Assembly (NCBI GenBank): GCA_003164715.1 | Contig: PLTZ01000026.1 | Coordinates: 712 to 64,711 of the forward strand | DNA: 64,000 nucleotides | Direction of reading: 5' to 3' | Source: Opitutaceae bacterium | GTDB lineage: Bacteria > Verrucomicrobiota > Verrucomicrobiia > Opitutales > Opitutaceae | Shown here: positions 27,804 through 35,601 of the stretch, piece by piece | Layout: every line of letters begins with the position of its first letter | Position numbering within the stretch: the stretch's first letter is position 1 | Position numbers and translations under genes: made by a program | Notes under the pieces: model-generated | Database searches by the model: none | The model's input: the letters and a program-made list of their open reading frames with translations, nothing else | What the model was told of the DNA's origin: nothing

Positions 27804-28265
27804 ATGAGCGAACCCACACCGTCCTCCCCGGCGGCCTCGCGCTGCGAGTACACCTGGGCCTTTCTGATCCTGCGGCTGTTCCTCGGCCTGCGCACCTTCT
27901 TCGAGGGCGTCGAGAAGTTCGAGAAGGGCGGCACGTACTCGTTCAAGAACTATTACGAGAACATGGGCCGGATGGCGCAGGGGATCACCGGCGCCTCCTT
28001 CCTGCCGCTCTGGGCCACCCGCAACTACGCGCACACGCTCGGCTACCTCCTCTTGGTCCTGGGCGCCGCGCTCCTGCTTGGCGTCAAGACGCGCGTCACC
28101 CTCATCCTGACCGGCCTCCTGTACGTGAGTCTCTCCTTCGGGCTCATGGCCGTGCAGGAGAACGAGGGCGTCGCCTGGCTCGGGGTCTACATCGGCCTCT
28201 TCGCCGGGGCGCTGGCCCTCGTGCGCCACAACCGCTTCGTCCTCTGGCGCGACCGTTTCGAATAA
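27804..28265 (+). CDS. DoxX-like polytopic membrane protein
   Basis: 153 aa with four hydrophobic segments (WAFLILRLFLGLRTFFEG..., LGYLLLVLGAALLLG, LILTGLLYVSLSFGL, LGVYIGLFAGALAL). The family assignment is tentative. Confidence 0.5.
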   Translation: MSEPTPSSPAASRCEYTWAFLILRLFLGLRTFFEGVEKFEKGGTYSFKNYYENMGRMAQGITGASFLPLWATRNYAHTLGYLLLVLGAALLLGVKTRVTLILTGLLYVSLSFGLMAVQENEGVAWLGVYIGLFAGALALVRHNRFVLWRDRFE

Positions 28266-28284
28266 AGCCCGACAGCCCGCCCCC

Positions 28285-29679
28285 ATGCCCACCCCCACGA
28301 CCACGGGATTCACCCGCCGCGACTTCCTCGCCACCGGCGCCAAGCTGGGGGCCGCCTTCATCGCGGCGCCCTACCTCGCCCGCGCGGCATCGATCGGAAG
28401 CGGCACGGACAGCCTCAACATCGGGCTCATTGGTTGCGGCGAGGAGGGCCGCGTCCTCATGAACGCGGCGCTCAAGATCCCCAACATCCGGTTCCGCGCC
28501 GTCTGCGACATCTGGCCCTACAACCGCAGGTACGGCGAGCGCCTCCTTGAGAAGTTCGGGCACGACCCGAAGCCCTTCGAGGATTACCGGGAGATGCTCT
28601 CCGCGGTCCCGGACCTGGACGCGGTGATCGTGGCGACGCCCGACTTCGTCCACGCCGAGCACACGAACACGTCGCTCAAGGCCGGAAAGCACGTCTACTG
28701 CGAGAAGCTCATGTCAAACACGGTCGAGGGCGCGCGCTCCATGGTGCGCACCGCCAGGGAGACGGGCCGCCTCCTCCAGATCGGCCACCAGCGCCGCAGC
28801 AACCCGCGCTACATCTACGCCCGCGACCGGATCGTGCATGGGAACCGGCTTCTCGGGCGGGTGACCAACGCGATCGCTCAGTGGAACCGGGCCGTCACCG
28901 AGGACCTCGGCTTCCCGGCGAAGCAGGCCATCCCGGAGGACGTGCTGCAAAGGTACGGCTACGCCAACATGCACGAGTTCCGGAACTGGCGCTGGTTCAA
29001 GCGGTACTCCGGGGGCGTCATCTCCGACCTCGGGGCCCACCAGATCGACGTGTTCAACTGGATGCTGGGCTCGAACCCGACCTCGGTGATCGCGGGCGGC
29101 GGGCGCGACTACTACCCGAACCACGAGTGGTACGACAACGTGTTCGTGATCTACGAGTACCCCACGGCGGAACAAGTGGTCCGCGCCTCCTACCACGTGC
29201 TCACCACCACGAGCGCGGGCGGGGGGTACAACGAGTACTTCATGGGCGACGAGGGCGCGCTCAAGATGTCCGAGAACCCGAAGTATACGAAGCTCTACCG
29301 CGAGGACCGGGCCCCGGATTGGGGCGAGTGGGTAAAGCAGGGCCTGGTCGTCCGGCCGGACTCGGGCGAGGGCGCGCTGCCCCCTGTCAAACCCTGGGAG
29401 AAGCCGCTGTCGCACCCACCCATGATGTCCAAGTCAGTCTCCTCCGTGGTCGACGTGCGCGAGACCGCCGAGCTGTCGGCATGGGACATGCCGGTCACGC
29501 TCGACAAGGCGATCCACCAGCCCCACCTCGAGAACTTCTTCGACGCCATCCGGGGCAAGGCGGCCCTCAACTGCCCCGGCGAGACCGCGCTCGCATCCGC
29601 GGCGACGATCCTCAGGGTGAACGAAGCCGTCGCCGCCCGCAAGATGCTCAGCTTCGTCCCCGAGGACTTCACCGCCTGA
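28285..29679 (+). CDS. Gfo/Idh/MocA-family oxidoreductase with TAT signal
   Basis: TAT motif FTRRDFLATGAKLGAAFIAAPYLARA. The Rossmann start is IGLIGCGEEGRVL, followed by VIVATPDFVHAEH and CEKLM blocks. Confidence 0.85.
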   Translation: MPTPTTTGFTRRDFLATGAKLGAAFIAAPYLARAASIGSGTDSLNIGLIGCGEEGRVLMNAALKIPNIRFRAVCDIWPYNRRYGERLLEKFGHDPKPFEDYREMLSAVPDLDAVIVATPDFVHAEHTNTSLKAGKHVYCEKLMSNTVEGARSMVRTARETGRLLQIGHQRRSNPRYIYARDRIVHGNRLLGRVTNAIAQWNRAVTEDLGFPAKQAIPEDVLQRYGYANMHEFRNWRWFKRYSGGVISDLGAHQIDVFNWMLGSNPTSVIAGGGRDYYPNHEWYDNVFVIYEYPTAEQVVRASYHVLTTTSAGGGYNEYFMGDEGALKMSENPKYTKLYREDRAPDWGEWVKQGLVVRPDSGEGALPPVKPWEKPLSHPPMMSKSVSSVVDVRETAELSAWDMPVTLDKAIHQPHLENFFDAIRGKAALNCPGETALASAATILRVNEAVAARKMLSFVPEDFTA

Positions 29680-29690
29680 ACCACGCCCTT

Positions 29691-30347
29691 ATGCTCCGAA
29701 CACTCGCCATCCTCCTTGCCCTCTCTTCCGTCGGCGCCGCGCGGGCCGAGGAGCTCGTCCCGCTCAAGATCGAGCTCCCGAAGCCGCTGTTCGTCGGGAC
29801 GCCGAGGCCGATCAAGGTCTCGAACCTCGAGCCCGAGCAGGCTGCGAACGCGGGCCCGCTCATGGTGCCCGCCGGCACGGCGCTCCTGTCCCTCAACAAG
29901 CCCGTCGCCTCGAGCGACACGTCCCCGGTGATCGGCGAGCTGACCTGCGTCACCGACGGGGATAAGTCGGGGGACGAGGGATCCTACGTCGAGCTGGGGC
30001 CTGGCGTGCAATGGGTGCAGATCGACCTCGGCGGCCCGGCCAGGATCGCCGCGATCGCCGTATGGCATTTCCACGCCCAGGCGCGCGTCTATCACGCGGT
30101 CGTGGTCCAGGCGTCGAACGACCCGCAGTTCAAGACCGGCGTCACGACGCTCTTCAACAACGACGACACCAATTCCGACGGGCTGGGCAACGGCTCGGAC
30201 TACGCCTATGTGGAGACCTACAAGGGCAAGATCATCGACGCCAAGGGCGTGACTGCGCGCTTCGTGCGCCTCTACAGCAACGGCAACACGTCGGACGAGC
30301 TCAACCACTACACCGAGGTGGAGGTTTACGGTAAGCCCGTGAACTGA
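29691..30347 (+). CDS. Secreted discoidin (F5/8 type C)-domain protein
   Basis: ORF 28881..30347 trimmed to the ATG at 29691 (MLRTLAILLALSSVGAARA, signal peptide). It has discoidin-like blocks WVQIDLGGPARIAAIAVWH and ARFVRLYSNGNTSDELNHYTEVEVYG. Confidence 0.7.
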   Translation: MLRTLAILLALSSVGAARAEELVPLKIELPKPLFVGTPRPIKVSNLEPEQAANAGPLMVPAGTALLSLNKPVASSDTSPVIGELTCVTDGDKSGDEGSYVELGPGVQWVQIDLGGPARIAAIAVWHFHAQARVYHAVVVQASNDPQFKTGVTTLFNNDDTNSDGLGNGSDYAYVETYKGKIIDAKGVTARFVRLYSNGNTSDELNHYTEVEVYGKPVN

Positions 30348-30381
30348 ACCCCTCCCGCGTGGCGCACGCCCCCCGCCCGCG

Positions 30382-31839
30382 ATGCCCCGGAACCTCCCCA
30401 GCTGGCTGCCCCTGGTCCTGCTGACCCTGGCGGCGTTCGGGTGGCGGGCCTGGGACCTGGCCGCCCGGCCGATGCACGCGGACGAGGCGAACCAGGCGGT
30501 CAAGGCCGGGGAGCTGCTGGAGTCGGGACGCTATGCCTACGACCCGCACGACCATCACGGCCCGGTGCTCTATTACGCGGTTTTGCCCATCGCCTGGGCC
30601 CGGGGGCAGCGGACGCTTGCGCAGCTTGACGAGGTGACGGTGCGCCTGGTGCCCGCGCTGGTCGGCGCCGCCTCGGTGTTCCTCCTCGGACTCCTGGCGG
30701 CGCCGCTCGGCCGCTGGCCGGCGCTCGCGGCGGCGGCGTTCCTGGCCGCGTCCCCGCCCGCCGTCTACTACAGCCGGTACTTCGTGCAGGAGACGCTCCT
30801 GGCGACTTTCACGCTGGCGGCGTTCGTCTGCGCCAGGCGGTGGTGGGCCACGGGCCGCGCCCGCTGGGCGGCGGCGGCGGGGGCCTGCGCGGGCCTGATG
30901 GAGGCCGCCAAGGAGAGCGCCCCTTTGTTCGTGCTCGCGGCGCTTGCGGCGCTCCTGGCGACCCGCGGCCGGGCGGCCGGCCCCGCGGCCCGGCGGCCGC
31001 TGCGCGAAGCGGCGGTCGCTGCGGCGGCCGCTTTGGCGGTGGCGGCCCTCTTTTACTCCTCGTTCGGAGCGCACCCGGCCGGGCTCGGCGACGCGCTTTC
31101 GGCCTACGTGTCCCAGGCGGAGCGCCTCGCTTCGGGCGACACCGGCCACGAGAAGCCCTGGGGGTACTTCCTGCGGCTCTTCGCGTGGCAGCGAAACGGC
31201 GGCCTCGTGTTCGAGCAGGCCGGCTTCTCGGCGCTTGCGCTCGCCGGCCTTGTGGCCGCCGCGGCGACCCGGACGGCGCTCCTGCGGTGGGCCGCCGCGT
31301 ATTCGCTCCTGGTCCTCGTTGCCCTGTCGTCGGTCGCCTACAAGACGCCCTGGCACGCCATCGACCTGGTGCCGGGATTCGCCCTCCTTGCGGCAGGCGC
31401 GCTCGGCGCCCTTCCCGAGGGGCGGATATGGAGGGCGGCGGCGGCCACGACCGCGCTCGTGGTTCTCGGGCTCCTCGTCCACCAGGCGGACAAGGTCGCC
31501 CGGGCCTATGCGTCCGACGCGCGCAACCCCTACGCCTACGTCCACAGTTCCCCGGATGTCCTCAAGTTCAGGGGCCTGGCGGACGCCGCCCGCAGCCGTT
31601 CGCCGGGAGCGCCGGTGCGCGTGATCAGCGAGGAATACTGGCCGCTTCCGTGGTATCTGCGCGGGATGGACGGCGTCGGCTACTGGACAAGCCCGCCCGC
31701 GGACTGCGACGGCGCCCTCGTGATCGCGTCAGCCGGCCTGGCGGACGCGGTCCACGCCCGCCTGCACGGCGCCTATGACCGGTCGTACCTCGGCCTGCGG
31801 CCCGGCTTCGTCTGCGTCCTGTTCACCCCCCGGAAATGA
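30382..31839 (+). CDS. Polytopic glycosyltransferase, GT39/ArnT-like (TIGR03663-like)
   Basis: 485 aa with many TM helices. The N-terminal RPMHADEANQA...YDPHDHHGPVLYY pattern is like PMT_2/ArnT-type lipid-linked-sugar transferases. Confidence 0.6.
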   Translation: MPRNLPSWLPLVLLTLAAFGWRAWDLAARPMHADEANQAVKAGELLESGRYAYDPHDHHGPVLYYAVLPIAWARGQRTLAQLDEVTVRLVPALVGAASVFLLGLLAAPLGRWPALAAAAFLAASPPAVYYSRYFVQETLLATFTLAAFVCARRWWATGRARWAAAAGACAGLMEAAKESAPLFVLAALAALLATRGRAAGPAARRPLREAAVAAAAALAVAALFYSSFGAHPAGLGDALSAYVSQAERLASGDTGHEKPWGYFLRLFAWQRNGGLVFEQAGFSALALAGLVAAAATRTALLRWAAAYSLLVLVALSSVAYKTPWHAIDLVPGFALLAAGALGALPEGRIWRAAAATTALVVLGLLVHQADKVARAYASDARNPYAYVHSSPDVLKFRGLADAARSRSPGAPVRVISEEYWPLPWYLRGMDGVGYWTSPPADCDGALVIASAGLADAVHARLHGAYDRSYLGLRPGFVCVLFTPRK

Positions 31840-32537
31840 ACCCGCGCTATTCCCTCGTCGTGCCGTTCCACAACGAGGCCGGCAACGTGATCCCCGTGGT
31901 CGCGGGAGCGGTCGAGGTCCTCGCGTCCTTAGGGCAGCCCTTCGAGGCGGTGCTGGTCGACGACGGAAGCACTGATGCCACGGGGGAGGAGATCGCCGCG
32001 GCCGCCGCCCGCTGGCCCGTATGCCGGGGCCTGCGCCTGCCCGAGCGCCTGGGCCAGGCGGCGGCGCTCCTGGCCGGCCTCCAGAGCGCCCGGGGAGAGC
32101 AGATCCTCACGATGGACGGCGACGGCCAGAACGACCCCCGAGACTTTCCGGCGCTGCTCGCGCTCGCCGAGTCGGGCCGCTTCGACCTGGTCTGTGGGTG
32201 GCGCGTCGACCGGAGGGACGCCCGGTGGCGCCGGCTCGCCTCGCGGGTCGCTAACGCCGTCCGGCGGGCGGTCCTCGGCGACCGGGTGCACGACGCGGGC
32301 TGCCAGCTGCGCGTCATGCGCAAGGAGGTGCGCGCGGCGCTGCGGCCGATGGAGCTGCTCCAGACGTTCATCCCGGCCCTCGCCGTCGCCGCGGGCTTGC
32401 GCGTCGGGGAGCTGCCGGTCGGCCACCATCCGAGGCGCCACGGCCGCTCCAAGTACGGCCCCGCCCAGCTCTGGTGGCGGCCGGCGGCCGCCATGCTGCG
32501 GCTGCGCTGGGAGCTGTGGAGGCGCCCGCCGCCATGA
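31836..32537 (+). CDS. Family 2 glycosyltransferase (polyprenyl-phosphate sugar synthase-like)
   Basis: It has VVPFHNEAGNV, VDDGSTD and MDGDGQNDP (a DxD-type motif). The start overlaps the upstream stop (ATGA at 31836). Confidence 0.8.
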   Translation: MNPRYSLVVPFHNEAGNVIPVVAGAVEVLASLGQPFEAVLVDDGSTDATGEEIAAAAARWPVCRGLRLPERLGQAAALLAGLQSARGEQILTMDGDGQNDPRDFPALLALAESGRFDLVCGWRVDRRDARWRRLASRVANAVRRAVLGDRVHDAGCQLRVMRKEVRAALRPMELLQTFIPALAVAAGLRVGELPVGHHPRRHGRSKYGPAQLWWRPAAAMLRLRWELWRRPPP

Positions 32538-33376
32538 GCCGCGCCCTCTTCAGGCACGAGGCCATGGCCACCACCTTTGAGATCGTCGTCGACGGCCAAG
32601 CGGAGCCCTACGCCCGGCAGGCGGCGGCGGCCGCGTTCCGGGAGCTCGACCGGCTTGAGGGCGAGCTCAGCCGATTCGTGGAGTCGAGCGACATCTCGCG
32701 CGCAAGCCGCCTCGAGTCCGGGGGCGCGGTCGTGATCGGCGAGGACGCGCTCGAGTGCCTGTTGATCGCCGCCGAGATGGCGCAGGAGACCGGCAGGGCG
32801 TTCGACCCCGCGTACGGCTCCGAGCGCGGGCCGGAACTCGCGGACGACGCTCCCGCGTTCACCCTCGACCCGGCCGCGCATGTCCTGACCGCCCGGGCAC
32901 GGCGGCTGCGGCTGGACCTCGGCGCCGTGGGCAAGGGATACGCCCTCGACCGGCTCGCCGGCGTGCTGGCCGAGTGGGGCGTCGATTCGGCCTGCCTCAA
33001 CAGCGGCGGAAGCACGGCGCTCGCCCTCGGACAACCGCCGTCCAGCTCCGGGTGGCCGGTCGGGATGGGGGAGGGCGAGGCGCGCCTCGAGCTCTCCCTA
33101 TGCCGGGCGGCGCTCAGCGGCTCTGGGCTCGCCGTGAAGGGCTCGCACCTGCTGGACCCGAGGACGGGCCGGCCGGCGGCGCGCGCGTTGCGCGCATGGG
33201 CCTCGTCGCCAAGCGCGGCCGTGGCCGACGCCCTGTCCACGGCCTTCTTCGTGATGACCGACACCGAGGTGGCCGCGTTCTGCGCGGCCCATCCCGACAC
33301 GGGCGCGGCCCTGGCGCGGGCGGACAGGCGGCTCCGGCTGCACGGCACGCTTCGGACCCTGGGCTCCGGCGCCTAG
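32534..33376 (+). CDS. apbE: FAD:protein FMN transferase (ApbE family), no signal peptide
   Basis: ORF 32474..33376 trimmed to the ATG at 32534, which overlaps the upstream stop (ATGA). It has ApbE blocks AMATTFEIVV, DLGAVGKGYALDR and SGSGLAVKGSHLLDPRTG. Confidence 0.8.
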   Translation: MSRALFRHEAMATTFEIVVDGQAEPYARQAAAAAFRELDRLEGELSRFVESSDISRASRLESGGAVVIGEDALECLLIAAEMAQETGRAFDPAYGSERGPELADDAPAFTLDPAAHVLTARARRLRLDLGAVGKGYALDRLAGVLAEWGVDSACLNSGGSTALALGQPPSSSGWPVGMGEGEARLELSLCRAALSGSGLAVKGSHLLDPRTGRPAARALRAWASSPSAAVADALSTAFFVMTDTEVAAFCAAHPDTGAALARADRRLRLHGTLRTLGSGA

Positions 33377-33488
33377 CCGGGGCTCTCCGGGACGGGCGGG
33401 CCCCCCGAGCGAATGCGCCTCCCTGTAACCGCGGCGCCGGGAAGGCGTCTCTGGTCTGCGGCAATCATCCCTCTCAACCAAGAAGATT

Positions 33489-34595
33489 ATGTACCCGATC
33501 AACATGAAACTCTGGAATCGAACAGCATTCGCCCTCGTTGCATTCCTCGCGGCCGGCCTCGGCCACGCCTGCGCCCAGGTGAGCCTGCGCGGCATCTACA
33601 CGGCGCAGGTCAACGGCACGCTCACCGCCGTGATCGCGGCCCACGACAACAACACGCTCGACGCGTTTCTCTTTGACACCGGCCAGCAGGAGGTGGGCAA
33701 GGGCTCGACCACGATCGACTCCTCGGGCGATTTCTCGCTCGCCAACGTGATCGGGTACAGCGTCACCGGAACGCTCTCGGCCACGGGATCGTCCGCGACG
33801 ATAGCGGGCTCCGTGAACTTTGCGGGCTGGGCCGCCCCGGTCGCCTACTCCGCGCCGCGGACCGTTTGGTTCGGGGCCAACAACAGCGGCGGCTCCATCA
33901 TCAACGGGCGGTTCACCGGCAAGGCCACGAACGCGAGCGCCGCCGGCAGCACGAACCTCACGCTGATCGTGGACGCCAACGACAACCTCTACGCCATCCA
34001 CGAGGTGTCCGCCGGGGTGTTCACGGGCGGCATCGGGACGGTCACTCCGAATGCCGGCGAGACCGGAGGAACATTCGTGTTCACGAGCGTCAAGGGAGAC
34101 ACGGGCAGCGGCACGTTCACGACGAACGCCTACACGATGTCCGGCACGTTCACCGACTCGGCCGGAACGTTTGACTTCGTGGCGTTTCGCGACGCCGCGG
34201 CCAACCGCCTGGGTAACCTCTCGACCCGCGGCTTCGTGGGCACGGGCCAGAACATCCTCATCGGCGGGTTTGTGATCCAGGGTGGCCCGAAGCTGGTCCT
34301 GATCCGGGTCCTCGGCCCGGGACTGGCCAACTACGGGATCACCGCACCCCTCATGGACCCCTCGGTGGCGCTCTACCACGGGTCGACCGAACTCACCTCC
34401 AACACCGGGTGGCAGAACCAGTCGAGCCCCAGCGTGGTCGCGGAGATCCAGGCGACGCACCTTTCGCCCCCGAGCACGGGGGACGACGCCATCCTGATCC
34501 AGCTTGAGGCGGGCGCCTACACCACCGTGGTCACCGGGGCCAGCGGAGACACGGGCACCGCGCTCGTGGAGGCTTACGAGGTCCTTCTGGACTAA
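33489..34595 (+). CDS. Secreted protein with a conserved C-terminal ~130 aa module (NxSTR...LIRxxGP...GAYT...ALVEAYE)
   Basis: Signal peptide (MKLWNRTAFALVAFLAAGLGHACAQ). The C-terminal module at 34209-34592 is clearly paralogous to the two tandem modules at 44472-45293. Confidence 0.65.
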   Translation: MYPINMKLWNRTAFALVAFLAAGLGHACAQVSLRGIYTAQVNGTLTAVIAAHDNNTLDAFLFDTGQQEVGKGSTTIDSSGDFSLANVIGYSVTGTLSATGSSATIAGSVNFAGWAAPVAYSAPRTVWFGANNSGGSIINGRFTGKATNASAAGSTNLTLIVDANDNLYAIHEVSAGVFTGGIGTVTPNAGETGGTFVFTSVKGDTGSGTFTTNAYTMSGTFTDSAGTFDFVAFRDAAANRLGNLSTRGFVGTGQNILIGGFVIQGGPKLVLIRVLGPGLANYGITAPLMDPSVALYHGSTELTSNTGWQNQSSPSVVAEIQATHLSPPSTGDDAILIQLEAGAYTTVVTGASGDTGTALVEAYEVLLD

Positions 34596-34628
34596 GGTCC
34601 CGGTCCGCGGGGTATTGAACCCGCGCAA

Positions 34629-34663
34629 GGTGCCGGCCCGATCGATGGGCCGGCGCCTTTTTT
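34629..34663 (+). terminator. Rho-independent terminator of gene 33489..34595
   Basis: GGTGCCGGCCC-gatcgat-GGGCCGGCGCC is an 11 bp stem with one G-U pair, followed by TTTTTT. It lies 34 nt after the stop codon. Confidence 0.7.
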
Positions 34664-34774
34664 GTGGCGCGGCGCCTCGCGACCCTTTGCCCGCCATGGA
34701 CTAATGCCAGACGCTGCGCGTCGACATGCGCAGCCTGCACGAGGGCGCAGAGTAGGCCGGATCCGGCGGGCGAC

Positions 34775-34806
34775 AAAAAAGGCCGGCCCCCTGCGGGGAC
34801 GGCCTT
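34775..34806 (-). terminator. Rho-independent terminator of the small minus-strand ORF
   Basis: The minus-strand read is GGCCGTCCCCGCAGGGGGCCGGCC followed by TTTTTT (seen on the plus strand as AAAAAA at 34775-34780). It lies about 25 nt downstream of the stop at 34830. Confidence 0.6.
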
Positions 34807-34829
34807 CGTATCAGACGGGGGGCGAAGCG

Positions 34830-35024
34830 CTACAGTTTTGCCGCGGGGGCCGGCTGCTGCCTGTTCTTCTTGGCCTTGCGAGGATTCACAAAGGTCGGGT
34901 TGGCGGTCGCCGGTTTCGGCTGGGGCGCGATCCCTGAGATGATCGGGGCGGCGGGGGCCTGGGCCGACGTGGCGGTGGGTGTTGCTGCAGGAGCTGCAAC
35001 AGGAGTTGGAGATTCAGTGTTCAT
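34830..35024 (-). CDS. Small Ala/Pro/Thr-rich basic-tailed protein, hypothetical (64 aa)
   Basis: ORF 34830..35159 trimmed to MNTESPTPVAAPAATPTATSAQAPAAPIISGIAPQPKPATANPTFVNPRKAKKNRQQPAPAAKL. It has its own terminator and an AT-rich upstream region. The first ~13 codens end in A/T, unlike the rest of the window. Low complexity keeps confidence modest. Confidence 0.4.
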   Translation of the reverse strand: MNTESPTPVAAPAATPTATSAQAPAAPIISGIAPQPKPATANPTFVNPRKAKKNRQQPAPAAKL

Positions 35025-35224
35025 TTTGATTTCTGTTTTATGACTTATTTTGGCGCCGAAAGGTAAGGATCGGCGCTTGGGGTACGCTACGCCGTTAGGA
35101 GGGCGCGTTCTCCGCAGTTGTTGTCCATAATCGCGCATCCTTTGCAGGCGAATTCGCATCTGAATGATTGTTAACTATCTTTATAATAGATATATATGAG
35201 TTTTTTAGCTACGAAGTCCCTGCT

Positions 35225-35600
35225 GAACGTGAGTCATGGTGACACATCTGATTTCGCCTCGAAACATCCGGTTCCGGGTTCGTCCATGGCGCGGCTGGGC
35301 TTAAGTGCCGGATACGCCCTCCCTTTGGGGAGGGCAGAAGAGCCCCGTCGGACCAGCTGAGCCTACCCGCCACCCAGGGGAACCCGGCCTTGTGACACCC
35401 GTACCTGGGGAGGCGTCCCGATCCCGAGGCCGCCGGGATCTCCGAGCGAGAAACGGCGTAAGATGATGGTTGGGATCGTTGTGCGTGAGCCCTCTGCCGG
35501 TGCACGAAACCCCAAGGACCCGCTGCTTGCCGCCCGGACTTCCGTGGCGGCAGCGTTCGCCCATGTAATCTAGCGCGACCTCACGCTGCGCGCACCCCTG
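35225..35600 (-). ncRNA. Structured non-coding RNA; possible RNase P RNA (rnpB-like), class not resolved
   Basis: This ~380 nt stretch has no credible CDS; track ORFs 35209..35505 and 35301..35645 have no protein-like features. The minus-strand read shows, in colinear order, GGAAGUCCGGGC (35543-35532), GUGCACCGGCAGAGGGC, ACAAGGCC, GGGUAGGCU and ACGAACCCGG (35283-35274). These resemble the ordered conserved blocks of bacterial RNase P RNA. Strong local hairpins are present (GAUCCCG-GCGGCCU-CGGGAUC; GCCCUCCC-CAAA-GGGAGGGC). Caveat: I could not draw a canonical P1/P3/P4. Confidence 0.45.
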
Positions 35601-35601
35601 C

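Noticed and set aside
26270-27946. A 558 aa minus-strand ORF.
   Set aside because: It is antisense to a TAT-signal Gfo/Idh/MocA gene with a clean Rossmann motif, so it is a GC artefact.
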